Shown here: positions 29,007-38,185 of the stretch, one piece after another
How the letters are laid out: every line of letters starts with the position of its first letter
Numbering within the stretch: the stretch's first letter is position 1
IMG/VR virus record: IMGVR_UViG_3300033067_001199
Span: 1-64,000 of that record
Strand: one strand, 5' to 3'
Length of the DNA: 64,000 nucleotides
From: a virus
Lineage: Duplodnaviria; Caudoviricetes
The notes under the pieces: generated by a model
Told to the model about the DNA's origin: nothing
What the model saw: the letters and a program-made list of their open reading frames with translations, nothing else
The model's database searches: none
Translations under genes and position numbers: made by a program

Positions 29007-29361
29007 AACTTAAATCGCTTTTTAAAATCTCGGTAACAACCGGTGATGAAATTTCACTTTTTCTTATCCGAACCATACACAAATCTACTACTCCATTATT
29101 CCTTTCCCTTAAAACCTCTCCAAACCATCCCCTGTACTGCTCGTAAACATAGTCAGAACTTCTAGCTATTGGATCATCGTGGCCAAACATAGTCACAGGC
29201 ACAACAACTATTTTATTCTTTGCGTCCCTCTCAAATCTGATTCCAGAGGAAGCTACTTTCTTCAACACAACACCAATAATGAAGTCCGGGCGCTTTGTCA
29301 CCAAAACCTCCCAATTCAGCCGCTTTAAAAGCGCTCGGACTTCATACTCATCGACAATCAT
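28999..29361 (-). CDS. Hypothetical protein
   Basis: Coupled ORF within the operon. Confidence 0.65.
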   Translation of the reverse strand: MIVDEYEVRALLKRLNWEVLVTKRPDFIIGVVLKKVASSGIRFERDAKNKIVVVPVTMFGHDDPIARSSDYVYEQYRGWFGEVLRERNNGVVDLCMVRIRKSEISSPVVTEILKSDLSYE

Positions 29362-29879
29362 TACTCCTCTTCTCCGCTTTTATCTGCCGGAAATAAATCG
29401 CCCTGAACAGCACCATACTTTCCAGCAAGATACTCAAGAGCCTCCGCCTCAAGTTCTCCCAGGTCAGATATCAAATCCTTTGCAAACTTATATCCAGCGC
29501 CATCGGCAGGATTCAGTTTGGTATTAGGAGTATTGAACACGAAGCCCATTCCATTACTCAATGTTTTGTATCCGGTAATAACAACACCCTCTTTGTCGCC
29601 CTCACCAGAAATACTAACACCACACACACGAAAGTCCTTTGCGCTTTCGATATCAAAGTTTTCCAATTTCTTGAACTTTGACTCCAACTCAAACTCCGTC
29701 AGAAATAGCAGGTGGGAAACCATTTTCTCCATTGCTTTCTGAAAGGTGATGTGAGGAGCATGAGGAACCTCCTTGCCGGTTTTATCTTTCAAGCCTGCTG
29801 CGTCAAATGTTGTGTACTTAATCTCTACCCCAGATGAACCGGAGTTCTTAAACGATACTTTTGTGATTTTCCTTGACAT
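29361..29879 (-). CDS. Hypothetical protein (172 aa)
   Basis: Good start context, coupled to the downstream gene. Confidence 0.7.
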   Translation of the reverse strand: MSRKITKVSFKNSGSSGVEIKYTTFDAAGLKDKTGKEVPHAPHITFQKAMEKMVSHLLFLTEFELESKFKKLENFDIESAKDFRVCGVSISGEGDKEGVVITGYKTLSNGMGFVFNTPNTKLNPADGAGYKFAKDLISDLGELEAEALEYLAGKYGAVQGDLFPADKSGEEE

Positions 29880-29891
29880 AATTGGTTTTTT

Positions 29892-29943
29892 AGTTTACAC
29901 TTTTTCTCTTCTGAACAAACAACTCCGTTACCATACTCCTCAA
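29892..29943. repeat. 52-bp perfect direct repeat, copy 1 (duplicate of the recT 3' end)
   Basis: AGTTTACACTTTTTCTCTTCTGAACAAACAACTCCGTTACCATACTCCTCAA, identical to 30539-30590. Confidence 0.95.
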
Positions 29944-29959
29944 CAAACTTTTGGTAAAA

Positions 29960-30217
29960 TTATTTTGTTAAATGTTTTAGTTGGTCTTTCAGTTGCTCTA
30001 TAACTATACTCTTTTCTACCACATCGCAAGTATTGTCTAATTGCAGTCCGTCTAATGCTCCATTTATTGCAGATTTGCAGCAGTCAATCTTTCGCTGAAT
30101 AGGTTTCACTTCTTGTTTTGCATATCCCTCAGCAAGTGCTACAATAGCGGGGAACCAAGTTTCTTTCTCGATTCCGGCAAAATTCTTCATCATAAATTCT
30201 TCTGCTTTCATTTCCAT
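29960..30217 (-). CDS. Small hypothetical protein inside the repeat-bounded segment
   Basis: 85-aa ORF with plausible start. Confidence 0.6.
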   Translation of the reverse strand: MEMKAEEFMMKNFAGIEKETWFPAIVALAEGYAKQEVKPIQRKIDCCKSAINGALDGLQLDNTCDVVEKSIVIEQLKDQLKHLTK

Positions 30218-30300
30218 GATTTTAGTAGTCCATGAAATCTGCCAACTATATATCCGATTAATAATAATGTTCCGTAAATGATTATCTGTTTGTCTGTCAT
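30208..30300 (-). CDS. 30-aa single-TM peptide (MTDKQIIIYGTLLLIGYIVGRFHGLLKSWK)
   Basis: Manual translation; hydrophobic core; overlaps the next start. Confidence 0.45.
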   Translation of the reverse strand: MTDKQIIIYGTLLLIGYIVGRFHGLLKSWK

Positions 30301-30390
30301 AGTATAAGTTTTTTTGCCTGACGGCATTTGCTATTCTTTTTTTAAACCGTTTTTAGTGTCCGTATTTCTACGAATTTACCCTGTGATATT

Positions 30391-30423
30391 CCGCACGTTT
30401 TTTATACCCGATACGTTATGCTC
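30391..30423 (-). repeat. attC-like left half-site (GAGCATAAC-GTATCGGGTATAAAAAACGTGCGG)
   Basis: The stop of a small ORF lies in ...TAAC. The GTATCGGGTAT arm is identical to the start of the arm at 50147. Confidence 0.6.
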
Positions 30424-30529
30424 CATGCCATCCGACCCGCTTATTCCACGCTTCGATTGACCGGCAAGTGCTACTTCCGTTTGCATCAATGAAAGTCTTT
30501 TTAACTTCATCAACAGCAGCTTTTGCCAT
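30416..30529 (-). pseudogene. 37-aa remnant ending SIEAWNKRV (Lar-like C-terminus)
   Basis: Manual translation MAKAAVDEVKKTFIDANGSSTCRSIEAWNKRVGWHGA; the stop lies in the half-site. Confidence 0.4.
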
Positions 30530-30536
30530 TCGTATA

Positions 30537-31622
30537 TCAGTTTACACTTTTTCTCTTCTGAACAAACAACTCCGTTACCATACTCCTCAAATCATCTGGC
30601 GTAGCGTCATACAGATTATCTAACTCCTCGGTTGATGTGCAGGATTCAATTTTCAATATCAACTCATCCTTTGGGTTTACACTAGGAACCTTATTGCCTA
30701 TGGCTTGGGTTATTTTTTCATGCTGCGAAGACTTCTTCTGCTCCGGAACATCAATTATCTCAACAGTACCATCTTCGGTGATGTTAGGATAAGCGCCCAT
30801 AATCTGCATATCATCCAACTCAACAGCCCTTCCCATTTGCGGATTTCCTGTTTTTGGCAGAAACTTATACAGCTGCTTTATAGCCGCCTTTACCTGCATC
30901 ATATTATGAACATCGGTTCCGTTGTTATATGGAGAGAAGTTAGTTCCACCAGCCTTTGATAGCTTCTGAATCTTATCCAACACATCTTTCGTTACAGAAA
31001 CTTGAATCGGGTCCTCTTTACCCTCAACAAAGCAAATCGCATACACCAGGACAAGTTCTCCCTTACCCTTATCCAGACGCTCCTTGTATTTCTTGATATC
31101 ATCCCCTATTTCAGCGTCAGTAAATCCGATTGACTTCAACTTTCCAGCCCTCAACTTAACCAATTCCATTTTATTAGTATCCATTCCGGTGTATTTCACA
31201 TACTTGTATCTCCCATCCGCCTCTTCATAGAACTCATTCTCATAAACGGCACCACCAAAAATCTGCTTCACAGCGTCAGACCTCAAGGCAACTTCAATAA
31301 GGCCTTTGTAGCCAACCTGGAACTGAGCTTCTTTTCCATAAGGGATAATGTACGCTAATCCATCTGGCGTATTTGGCTTCAACCCTAATTCGGCAGAAAG
31401 AAGTATCGAGCCGAATAGTGATTTGATGTTGCACTCTAGCAACTTTGGTGTTTTCTTAATCGCGTTTACGCAGGTGATTGTAAACTCCTGGGCGGTCATT
31501 CCGTATTTTGTCCCGAGAAGTTGCGCTACTTGACCCTCGTAGGCCTGCATGACTTTTTGAAAGTCCTGTACTGTTTTTACGGTTGTTGGTAGCTTTGCTG
31601 GCTGAACTGTTGCTGGTGTCAT
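30537..31622 (-). CDS. recT: RecT-family single-strand annealing protein
   Basis: AIKKTPKLLEC...SLFGSILLSAELGLKP...AYIIPYGKEAQFQVGYKGLIEVALRS...M.VKAAIKQLYKFLPK. Confidence 0.9.
   Translation of the reverse strand: MTPATVQPAKLPTTVKTVQDFQKVMQAYEGQVAQLLGTKYGMTAQEFTITCVNAIKKTPKLLECNIKSLFGSILLSAELGLKPNTPDGLAYIIPYGKEAQFQVGYKGLIEVALRSDAVKQIFGGAVYENEFYEEADGRYKYVKYTGMDTNKMELVKLRAGKLKSIGFTDAEIGDDIKKYKERLDKGKGELVLVYAICFVEGKEDPIQVSVTKDVLDKIQKLSKAGGTNFSPYNNGTDVHNMMQVKAAIKQLYKFLPKTGNPQMGRAVELDDMQIMGAYPNITEDGTVEIIDVPEQKKSSQHEKITQAIGNKVPSVNPKDELILKIESCTSTEELDNLYDATPDDLRSMVTELFVQKRKSVN
30539..30590. repeat. 52-bp perfect direct repeat, copy 2 (recT 3' end)
   Basis: Encodes LRSMVTELFVQKRKSVN; identical to 29892-29943. 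Confidence 0.95.
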
Positions 31623-31640
31623 TTTATGGTTTGTTTTTGG

Positions 31641-32546
31641 TTACGAATTGTGATACTTCTCATCGTTTTCGGCTTTGTTATGCACCCAAGACGGAAGTTT
31701 AGCTATAATAATTCCATGAATTGTTTCATACAGTGAGTCATACGCGCCCCACACACCCGATTCGGTGCATTTCTTGTGAGTAAGCAAAAGTGACTTGTAG
31801 ATCGTGCGACCCAACTCGATAGCGCTCTCATCAATGAAATAAGGCTGGCATACAAACGGTGCTTTCTTCTCGATAGCAATAACAAAGGCGGTATTGAACG
31901 GAACTCCATGCACAGCCTCTAATCCATCCGCGTAGTAGGCCAACTGAACGTAGGTATTCCACTTTGCCAGATATCCGCCAAACATAGCCGGACTTGCATC
32001 TTCCATGCTCTTTAGGTCGCCATAGATAGCTTTTTTGGCATTGGAAAAGTCAACTATCGCCTTACACCTTACACCGGTATCCTTGTCGGTCCACTCGATA
32101 AACTGCTCATTCAAGCAATCGGTTAGAAGCGAGGAGGCGGCTTTGTTTTCGACAATACTTTTCCCCATACTTGAAATCTCATTAAACTCCTCAACAGAGT
32201 TAAGAACCGACTTACCCAACATAAGGTAGTGCTGGATAAGGTTATCCCTCCATTCCCTATTTGCCTTTGTCCTGTAATCAGCTACACCGCCTTTGCTGTT
32301 TTGCTGAATCGGCCTCTCTTCGAAGTTTATAAAAACATAATTCTCTTTGAACTTCTCCGGTTCCAAGACGTAAGTATGGATAGCTTTACCCATTCTTAGC
32401 GCCTTGGTTTCTTTTTCAACCTCATCAGAGTCCTGGCCATTTACCCATTCTTCCAAGAAGTGCGCTGGGGAGCGCATATATAATTTTAGCAATGAAAAGT
32501 TTACTGCTTGTATCTTGTTATACTCTAGCCTTGTTATTTGACCCAT
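31641..32546 (-). CDS. PD-(D/E)XK exonuclease (RecE/DUF3799-like), start ATG 32546
   Basis: NFSLLK, GKAIHTYVLEP, GVRCKAIVD...DLKS, YVQLAYY, F..IEKKAPF motifs; paired with recT. The track's upstream extension overlaps the promoter. Confidence 0.85.
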   Translation of the reverse strand: MGQITRLEYNKIQAVNFSLLKLYMRSPAHFLEEWVNGQDSDEVEKETKALRMGKAIHTYVLEPEKFKENYVFINFEERPIQQNSKGGVADYRTKANREWRDNLIQHYLMLGKSVLNSVEEFNEISSMGKSIVENKAASSLLTDCLNEQFIEWTDKDTGVRCKAIVDFSNAKKAIYGDLKSMEDASPAMFGGYLAKWNTYVQLAYYADGLEAVHGVPFNTAFVIAIEKKAPFVCQPYFIDESAIELGRTIYKSLLLTHKKCTESGVWGAYDSLYETIHGIIIAKLPSWVHNKAENDEKYHNS

Positions 32547-32571
32547 ATATACAGATGTTATAAATTCTGTG

Positions 32572-32635
32572 CAAATATACAATTCAAACATTAACTTCCA
32601 AATTTTAAAAAATATTTCTCAAACTTTTGGAAGTT
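32572..32635. promoter_or_regulatory. Divergent promoter region with a 10-bp inverted repeat
   Basis: Minus strand TTG-N19-TATATTTG is a perfect match. AACTTCCAAA (32593-32602) and TTTGGAAGTT (32626-32635) form an inverted repeat. Confidence 0.7.
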
Positions 32636-32779
32636 CAGAATTATTTTATTCTTTCGCTTCCGCAAACGGACAGAGCACATGATTTCAAAAAAACTTATTA
32701 AAGATTAGCAGGCGGCAAAGGGTTCTCTCCCTGTATGCTCGGAGCGTTTGCGCCCCTTTGTCCCTGCGACTTTTACCTT

Positions 32780-33658
32780 ATGGCTGAAGACAAAAAATCT
32801 TTCATCCTATACTCCGACCTTTTAACGGTTGTGAAGAAGCTAGTCCTAAAAGACCGGCAGGATAAGACAAATTATGCCGGAGAACTGTTCCTGCACATTC
32901 TTGAATACGTGAATGACAATAACCCGGTCCCGATTGACTTTATAGTTGAAATGGCTTTTGAACCGATTAGGCAGCAGTTGAAACGCGACCTAAAGAATTG
33001 GGAAGCCGAGGTGATTAAGAAAAGTCAAGGAGGCGCTATGGGTAACTTGAAGAGATGGGACCCAGACATCTACCAAGAAGTTATCGACCAGAAACTTTCT
33101 ATTCACGATGGTATTCAGAAAGCCAAACAACGCAAAAAAAATGTATCGCATACCGATCCCACCGCATCGCTACCTATCGCTTCGGTCGCTGTAAATGGTA
33201 CTGTAACTGTTAATGATATAAATACAAGTACATCTACTAACGTAGATGTTGTCGGCCTTGCCGACTGGAACGCTGTCAAAAAAGATATTTCTTCGGTAAC
33301 TGTTTTTATCCGTAAACACAAACCGAAGTTTGCGGAACCGTATGTAGAGCTTTGGAATATGTTTTCTGAAAAGTACGGAACCAGCAAGGTTTTATCAGTT
33401 TCCGAAACTCGAAGGAGAAAACTTAGAACCAGGTTGTCGGATAAGAAGTTTGACTTTCCGGAAATACTCAAAAATGCAGCAGACCAGAAGTTTGCACTTG
33501 AGTCAAAGTGGTTCAGTTTCGATTTTCTGATAAAAAACGATACCAATTACATCAAGGTTTTGGAGAAGAAATATATTCAGTCACACAAGATAGAGAAGCC
33601 GGAAGAGGCTGGGCTATCAGCAACATTAGGAGGTGGATATGGAGATGAAAGACATTAG
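32780..33658 (+). CDS. Replication initiator (DUF6291-like N-terminus), start ATG 32780
   Basis: MAEDKKSFILYSDL...AGELFLHILEYVN...GGAMGNLKRW; C-terminal FDFLIKNDTNYIKVLE; directly upstream of dnaB. Confidence 0.75.
   Translation: MAEDKKSFILYSDLLTVVKKLVLKDRQDKTNYAGELFLHILEYVNDNNPVPIDFIVEMAFEPIRQQLKRDLKNWEAEVIKKSQGGAMGNLKRWDPDIYQEVIDQKLSIHDGIQKAKQRKKNVSHTDPTASLPIASVAVNGTVTVNDINTSTSTNVDVVGLADWNAVKKDISSVTVFIRKHKPKFAEPYVELWNMFSEKYGTSKVLSVSETRRRKLRTRLSDKKFDFPEILKNAADQKFALESKWFSFDFLIKNDTNYIKVLEKKYIQSHKIEKPEEAGLSATLGGGYGDERH
33144..33249. other. Putative replication origin inside the initiator gene
   Basis: Degenerate nATCGC units at about 10-bp spacing (33144-33189), an AT-rich tract, and a perfect hairpin ACATCTAC-TAAC-GTAGATGT (33230-33249). 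Confidence 0.4.
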
Positions 33659-35138
33659 GAAGTCATTAGTTCGGAAGACAGATTTCGACTACGGTGAGTT
33701 TGGTAAACTTCCCCCACGGGCTAGGGAAATGGAGGTAATGGTTCTTGGTGCTATACTCATGGAGTCAACTGCCATGACAGAGGTTGGTCGGTTCTTAAAG
33801 CCGGAAATGTTTTACGTTGACGCACACCAGAAGATTTATCAAGCAATGGTTGTTCTTGCAATAGAAAATAATCCTATTGACCTTGAAACTGTTTGCCATC
33901 AGCTGAAGAAGTTGGGATTTCTTGATGTCGCTGGCGGTCCGTACTATGTTGCCAGGTTGATGAATACAATCGGTTCTGCGGCAAACGTAGAGTATCATGC
34001 TCTGGTTGTTAAGGAGGAGTGGATGAAGAGAATGGCTATTGCTATTTCAGCCGACACTATGCGAGAGGCTTACGATGATCAATCAGACCCTTTTGATGTT
34101 CTGGGTGACGCTGTAAGTAAGTTCAGCGAGTTATTGAACGATACTTCGCAGCAAGAAGCTAGAAGTTGGGTAGAGGTTCTGGATGATAAAATTACCGCAA
34201 TCAAGGAGGCCAGCGAAAAGCCGGAAGACCAGAAGTTTGTGATAGGAAAGCCAACAGGACTATACACGCTGGACAGAAAGAGCCTTGGGTTTAAGGATAC
34301 CAATTTGATAATTCTTGCCGGCAGGCCTGCGGAGGGAAAGTCAACCCTGATGGTTCAAGGTGCCCATATTAATGCCAGAAAGGGTGTTCCTGTTGGCATT
34401 TTCTCTCTTGAGATGAGCGCTGATGAGTTGATGGATAAGTTTATTTCAATCGAAACCGACATCAACAGTTCCAAGATAATGACCGGTGAACTTACTCCGA
34501 AGGAATGGACTAGGCTTCTGGAAGCTCGCTCAAAAATGCTTGATTGGCCGATTTATATTAACGATGTCGGAGGCATAACGATAAACGAAATAGAGGCAAT
34601 AGCAAAGGTTTGGAGGGCTAAGAATAAAATCGAGATGCTGTTCATAGACTACCTTCAGCTGGTGGAAGTCCCACAGCAAAAGGGCGCTTTTACTAATCGG
34701 GAACAGGAACTTTCGAAGATATCCAGGCGGTTGAAGAAGTTGGCGAAGAATCTGGGAATCCCTGTTATCTGTCTGGCTGCTTTGTCAAGGGAAATGGATA
34801 AGAGGCCGGTTCCGGATCGCAGACCGAAGCTAACCGACCTGCGCGAGTCGGGTGCGATTGAGCAGGACGCTAATATGGTGATATTTGTTTTCCGTCCCGA
34901 AGAGCATGGAATAAATGCCTTTTCCGATGGAAGCACCACAAAGGGCGTAACGGAGTTTATCATCGCTAAGAACAGAATGGGTCCGAAAGGAATAACCAGG
35001 GCGAAGTTTCTGGGCGCTAGCAACCGGTTTGATGATACCGAGTACTCCACATTCGAGCAGGAGTATGTCGAAAAGAAGAAAGAAGTAGGTTCCGCAGAAT
35101 TTAAGTCGGAGCAGAAAGATGAAGATACCCCATTTTAG
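33633..35138 (+). CDS. dnaB: Replicative DNA helicase DnaB (start may be ATG 33639)
   Basis: LPP...EVMVLGAIL, Walker A AGRPAEGKST, FSLEMS, IDYLQL, LSR, DLRESGAIEQDA, IIAKNRMG. Confidence 0.95.
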   Translation: MDMEMKDIRKSLVRKTDFDYGEFGKLPPRAREMEVMVLGAILMESTAMTEVGRFLKPEMFYVDAHQKIYQAMVVLAIENNPIDLETVCHQLKKLGFLDVAGGPYYVARLMNTIGSAANVEYHALVVKEEWMKRMAIAISADTMREAYDDQSDPFDVLGDAVSKFSELLNDTSQQEARSWVEVLDDKITAIKEASEKPEDQKFVIGKPTGLYTLDRKSLGFKDTNLIILAGRPAEGKSTLMVQGAHINARKGVPVGIFSLEMSADELMDKFISIETDINSSKIMTGELTPKEWTRLLEARSKMLDWPIYINDVGGITINEIEAIAKVWRAKNKIEMLFIDYLQLVEVPQQKGAFTNREQELSKISRRLKKLAKNLGIPVICLAALSREMDKRPVPDRRPKLTDLRESGAIEQDANMVIFVFRPEEHGINAFSDGSTTKGVTEFIIAKNRMGPKGITRAKFLGASNRFDDTEYSTFEQEYVEKKKEVGSAEFKSEQKDEDTPF

Positions 35139-35161
35139 TAACCAATTAAATCAATATAAAC

Positions 35162-35956
35162 ATGAAAGCAACCGTTTTTTTCGACTTAGAAACAACAGGT
35201 GTTGACCTTGCAAAAGACAGAATTTGTCAGTTTGCCGCCTTAAAGGTAATTCCGTCAACAGATAAGTTCCCATTTGCACCGGGTAACTATTCTACCGAAG
35301 AATTGAAGTTTTACATTAACCCAGGTGTTTCTATTCCCCTTGAGTCAACCGAGGTCCATGGAATTACAAACGAAATGGTAAAGGACTCCCCTACTTTCAA
35401 TGTAGTTGCAGCAAAAATCAAAGACTTCATCGAGGGCTGTGATTTGTCCGGATTCAACATCAAGCGCTTTGATATCCCTCTTTTAGCCGAGGAGTTTGGC
35501 AGGGCTGGGTTTAGATTTTCTTTAGAGGGAAGAAATGTTATTGACCCTTTTATCCTTTACAAGATACTGTATCCGCAGAGCCTTTCTGCTGCCTACAAGA
35601 GATACACCGGAGAGGAGTTGGAGGGCGCTCATGACGCTATGAATGATGTTGTAGCTAGTTTCAAGGTTCTTCAGGGTATGATGGAGAGTGGTGAAGTTCC
35701 TAGTCATGATACCAATGCCATTATAGACTTTCAATCAAACGGCCAAGAGTTTGACCCAACCTGCGATTTTGCTGGAAAGTTTATCCGGAATAAGGATGGT
35801 GTTATAATTCTTAATTTTGGTAAGCATAAAGGTGAACCGGCTGAAGACCACACCGATTTTGTAGGATGGATGATCGGGAAAGACTTCACAAGCGACACCC
35901 TACTTTGGGCACAAGGTATTCTTGATGCTGAACGCGCTAAATACTTTAGAAAATGA
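35162..35956 (+). CDS. DEDDh 3'-5' exonuclease (DnaQ-like)
   Basis: VFFDLETTG, STEVHGIT, GFNIKRFDIPLL, GAHDAMND. Confidence 0.9.
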   Translation: MKATVFFDLETTGVDLAKDRICQFAALKVIPSTDKFPFAPGNYSTEELKFYINPGVSIPLESTEVHGITNEMVKDSPTFNVVAAKIKDFIEGCDLSGFNIKRFDIPLLAEEFGRAGFRFSLEGRNVIDPFILYKILYPQSLSAAYKRYTGEELEGAHDAMNDVVASFKVLQGMMESGEVPSHDTNAIIDFQSNGQEFDPTCDFAGKFIRNKDGVIILNFGKHKGEPAEDHTDFVGWMIGKDFTSDTLLWAQGILDAERAKYFRK

Positions 35957-36351
35957 GAATGAGATTAACAGATTTACTACCGGTTGGCCATGCTGGGGTA
36001 AAGGACTATAAAAAAGTTGGCTGGGGATTAGTTTCGGTTGGAGATGTGATTACTATTCCAAACACGTTTTCAAACAGAACTATTTACTTCTACGCCATAC
36101 TTCGGGAAGCCCAGAGTCATGCCAAAAAAATAGGGGCGCTGGTTGAAGCTCAGTCAGATAATTCAGATATCTGCATATCATTCCTAAAGGAAGAGTTGAA
36201 GGGAATTGAAATGACTGTATCGCCAGAATTTCCAAAACACAGGGGTTCTTACTATGGACACGAAGAGGTAGAGCATCGGCCAGAGTTGAAAATATTTGTT
36301 CCGGCTAATTGGAATCTGGTTTCTATAAACTTTCAATGTGAGGACAGATAG
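35953..36351 (+). CDS. Hypothetical protein
   Basis: Coupled ORF within the operon. Confidence 0.6.
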   Translation: MRMRLTDLLPVGHAGVKDYKKVGWGLVSVGDVITIPNTFSNRTIYFYAILREAQSHAKKIGALVEAQSDNSDICISFLKEELKGIEMTVSPEFPKHRGSYYGHEEVEHRPELKIFVPANWNLVSINFQCEDR

Positions 36352-37090
36352 TTTGGTTATTCTTGGCGACTGTCTAACCGGTATGGCTGGTATGGCTGAT
36401 AATCAATTTGATTTAGCTATACCAGACCCACCATACTTCTCTGGACCAGAGAGGAGGTCTTTCTATGGAAGCGATATCAGCACACTAAGGGTTAAGCGAG
36501 TATATTACCCTGTTACAAATAAGTGGGAAGTTCCTGGATTCAAGTGGTATGAAGAGCTTTGCAGGGTTTCTAAAAACCAGATAATCTTCGGTGCGAATTA
36601 CTTTGATTTTATAGGAGTCCACAAAACCCCTAGAGGCGATGAAGAGTTGCAAAGGTGGATATCAGAGCACCCTACCGGCTGGATTGTGTGGGATAAGTGC
36701 GCAAGAAAGAGTTCTTTCAATGATTTTGAACTTGCCTGGACATCTTTTGACCGGCCAACAGTTGTGTTTAAGTTTATGTGGGCAGGAATGATGCAGGGTA
36801 AAAGTGTTTCTCAAGGCCATATCATGCAGGGGAATAAAAAGCTAAACGAGAAAAAATTCCACCCGACACAAAAACCAAGACCGCTGTATAATTGGATTTT
36901 TAATACCTATTGCTCCAGCGGAGAAAGTATTTTCGACCCGTATGTAGGTAGTGGAAGTAGCAGAATTGAGGCCTACGATGCCGGACTTCCATTTCTGGGA
37001 TATGAAATAGAGGATATTCACTTCGATGCACAGGAAAAAAGATTTCAAAAACACCTTGCAGCGCCAAAACTTTTTAATTTAGCAATATGA
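36338..37090 (+). CDS. DNA amino-methyltransferase (N6A/N4C, beta class)
   Basis: DPPY precedes HPTQKP and IFDPYVGSGSS. Confidence 0.9.
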   Translation: MRTDSLVILGDCLTGMAGMADNQFDLAIPDPPYFSGPERRSFYGSDISTLRVKRVYYPVTNKWEVPGFKWYEELCRVSKNQIIFGANYFDFIGVHKTPRGDEELQRWISEHPTGWIVWDKCARKSSFNDFELAWTSFDRPTVVFKFMWAGMMQGKSVSQGHIMQGNKKLNEKKFHPTQKPRPLYNWIFNTYCSSGESIFDPYVGSGSSRIEAYDAGLPFLGYEIEDIHFDAQEKRFQKHLAAPKLFNLAI

Positions 37091-37392
37091 AAAAGCGTCA
37101 AGCTATTGCGTTAATGTTACTCGGTATGATAGCATTCACGCACGTTGGGGCCGCGGTGGACACACCGGCAACGAAATACGAAAGGGCACAGGTAATGCCG
37201 AAATTAGAATGCGAGAAGTATTCTGATGTTATGCCTGGTAAGACCTTTGTAGTATCGGCCGTAAACAACATTCCCTTCGTTACTATTGACGAAGAAACCA
37301 AAACGACCACCCTCGTTACGGAGTGCAAGCCTTGTCCGGTTGGCGTAGTGACTACGACCTCCGACCTGCCGCTTGATGTTGGTTGGTGCTAG
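37087..37392 (+). CDS. Small secreted protein with signal peptide
   Basis: MKKRQAIALMLLGMIAFTHVGA|A; four Cys in the mature part. Confidence 0.65.
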   Translation: MKKRQAIALMLLGMIAFTHVGAAVDTPATKYERAQVMPKLECEKYSDVMPGKTFVVSAVNNIPFVTIDEETKTTTLVTECKPCPVGVVTTTSDLPLDVGWC

Positions 37393-37482
37393 TTTAGCAC
37401 AGACTACGGCTCACCGGATTATTTTTCAACATTGATGAATTTTGTAAGCGACCGGAAACAGAGCATTGGAACGAGTCACATA

Positions 37483-37509
37483 AAGCCCACCTAAGACGTG
37501 GGTTTTTTT
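37483..37509 (+). terminator. Rho-independent terminator
   Basis: AAGCCCAC-CTAAGAC-GTGGGTT-TTTTT. Confidence 0.75.
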
Positions 37510-37543
37510 ATGCCCATATTTCACCGCGCAACCCGAACTTTAC

Positions 37544-37582
37544 AAAAACAAAAAGGGCGCTCCCCCAGCAAGAGGAACGCCC
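37544..37582 (-). terminator. Rho-independent terminator of the orphan fibre operon
   Basis: GGGCG.TCC...GGA.CGCCC stem with a TTTTTGTTTTT tail on the minus strand. Confidence 0.6.
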
Positions 37583-37761
37583 AAACCAAAAAACCCCATG
37601 AAAGACTTACCCGATAACTGCCTCGAAGATATTGGCAATCTCGTAGAAAATAGGCTTCAACTGATCGCAGTAAATGTCGCCAGATGTATTCTGACCTGCA
37701 AGCAATTCTGATAATGCCCAGCAAAATCTCTTTTGCATCCGGCCAATGCGGATGGCGTTAA

Positions 37762-38184
37762 TCATACTTGAAATGCAGGTAAGGTTTGAATGAATTCATC
37801 TACCGGCTGTGCGGTTTCTTCGGTAACGTTATCCAGATAGGCAGAAACCAGCTTACAGGTTTCATTCCACCAATTGCGTAAGGCTTTTGCCTCTGCCCCA
37901 AACTCAGCGTCATCAACCCATAAAGATATTTCACCAATGCTTAGATAGTTTCGCTCTTGATAAAGTGAACGAAAAAGAGCATTGTGGGAGTCGTTTACGG
38001 TTTGGCAGTAGGCTTCTTTATCCCAAAAAACTGGAATAGCAGCGAAGTAATCTTCTTTCTCCTGTTCAGTTTCAAACTCAATTACATGAGTGCCGTTAAA
38101 TAACCTTGCATTAGATGAACGAGGCAATAAGTTACCCGATTCATCTAATGCCTGTCCAAATTCATTCGCTACGTATGTTTTCAT
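37762..38184 (-). CDS. Tail fibre assembly/chaperone-like protein
   Basis: YLSIGEISLW...FGAEAKALRNWWNETC resembles fibre chaperone motifs; directly downstream of a fibre gene. Confidence 0.55.
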   Translation of the reverse strand: MKTYVANEFGQALDESGNLLPRSSNARLFNGTHVIEFETEQEKEDYFAAIPVFWDKEAYCQTVNDSHNALFRSLYQERNYLSIGEISLWVDDAEFGAEAKALRNWWNETCKLVSAYLDNVTEETAQPVDEFIQTLPAFQV

Positions 38185-38185
38185 A

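Noticed and set aside
32547-32779. Track starts at 32591 (minus) and 32735 (plus)
   Set aside because: The minus-strand start overlaps the promoter elements; downstream ATGs give recognisable N-termini in both cases.
37607-37738. 43-aa minus-strand ORF (MQKRFCWALSELL...) before the terminator
   Set aside because: No motif or clear leader; possible but unsupported.
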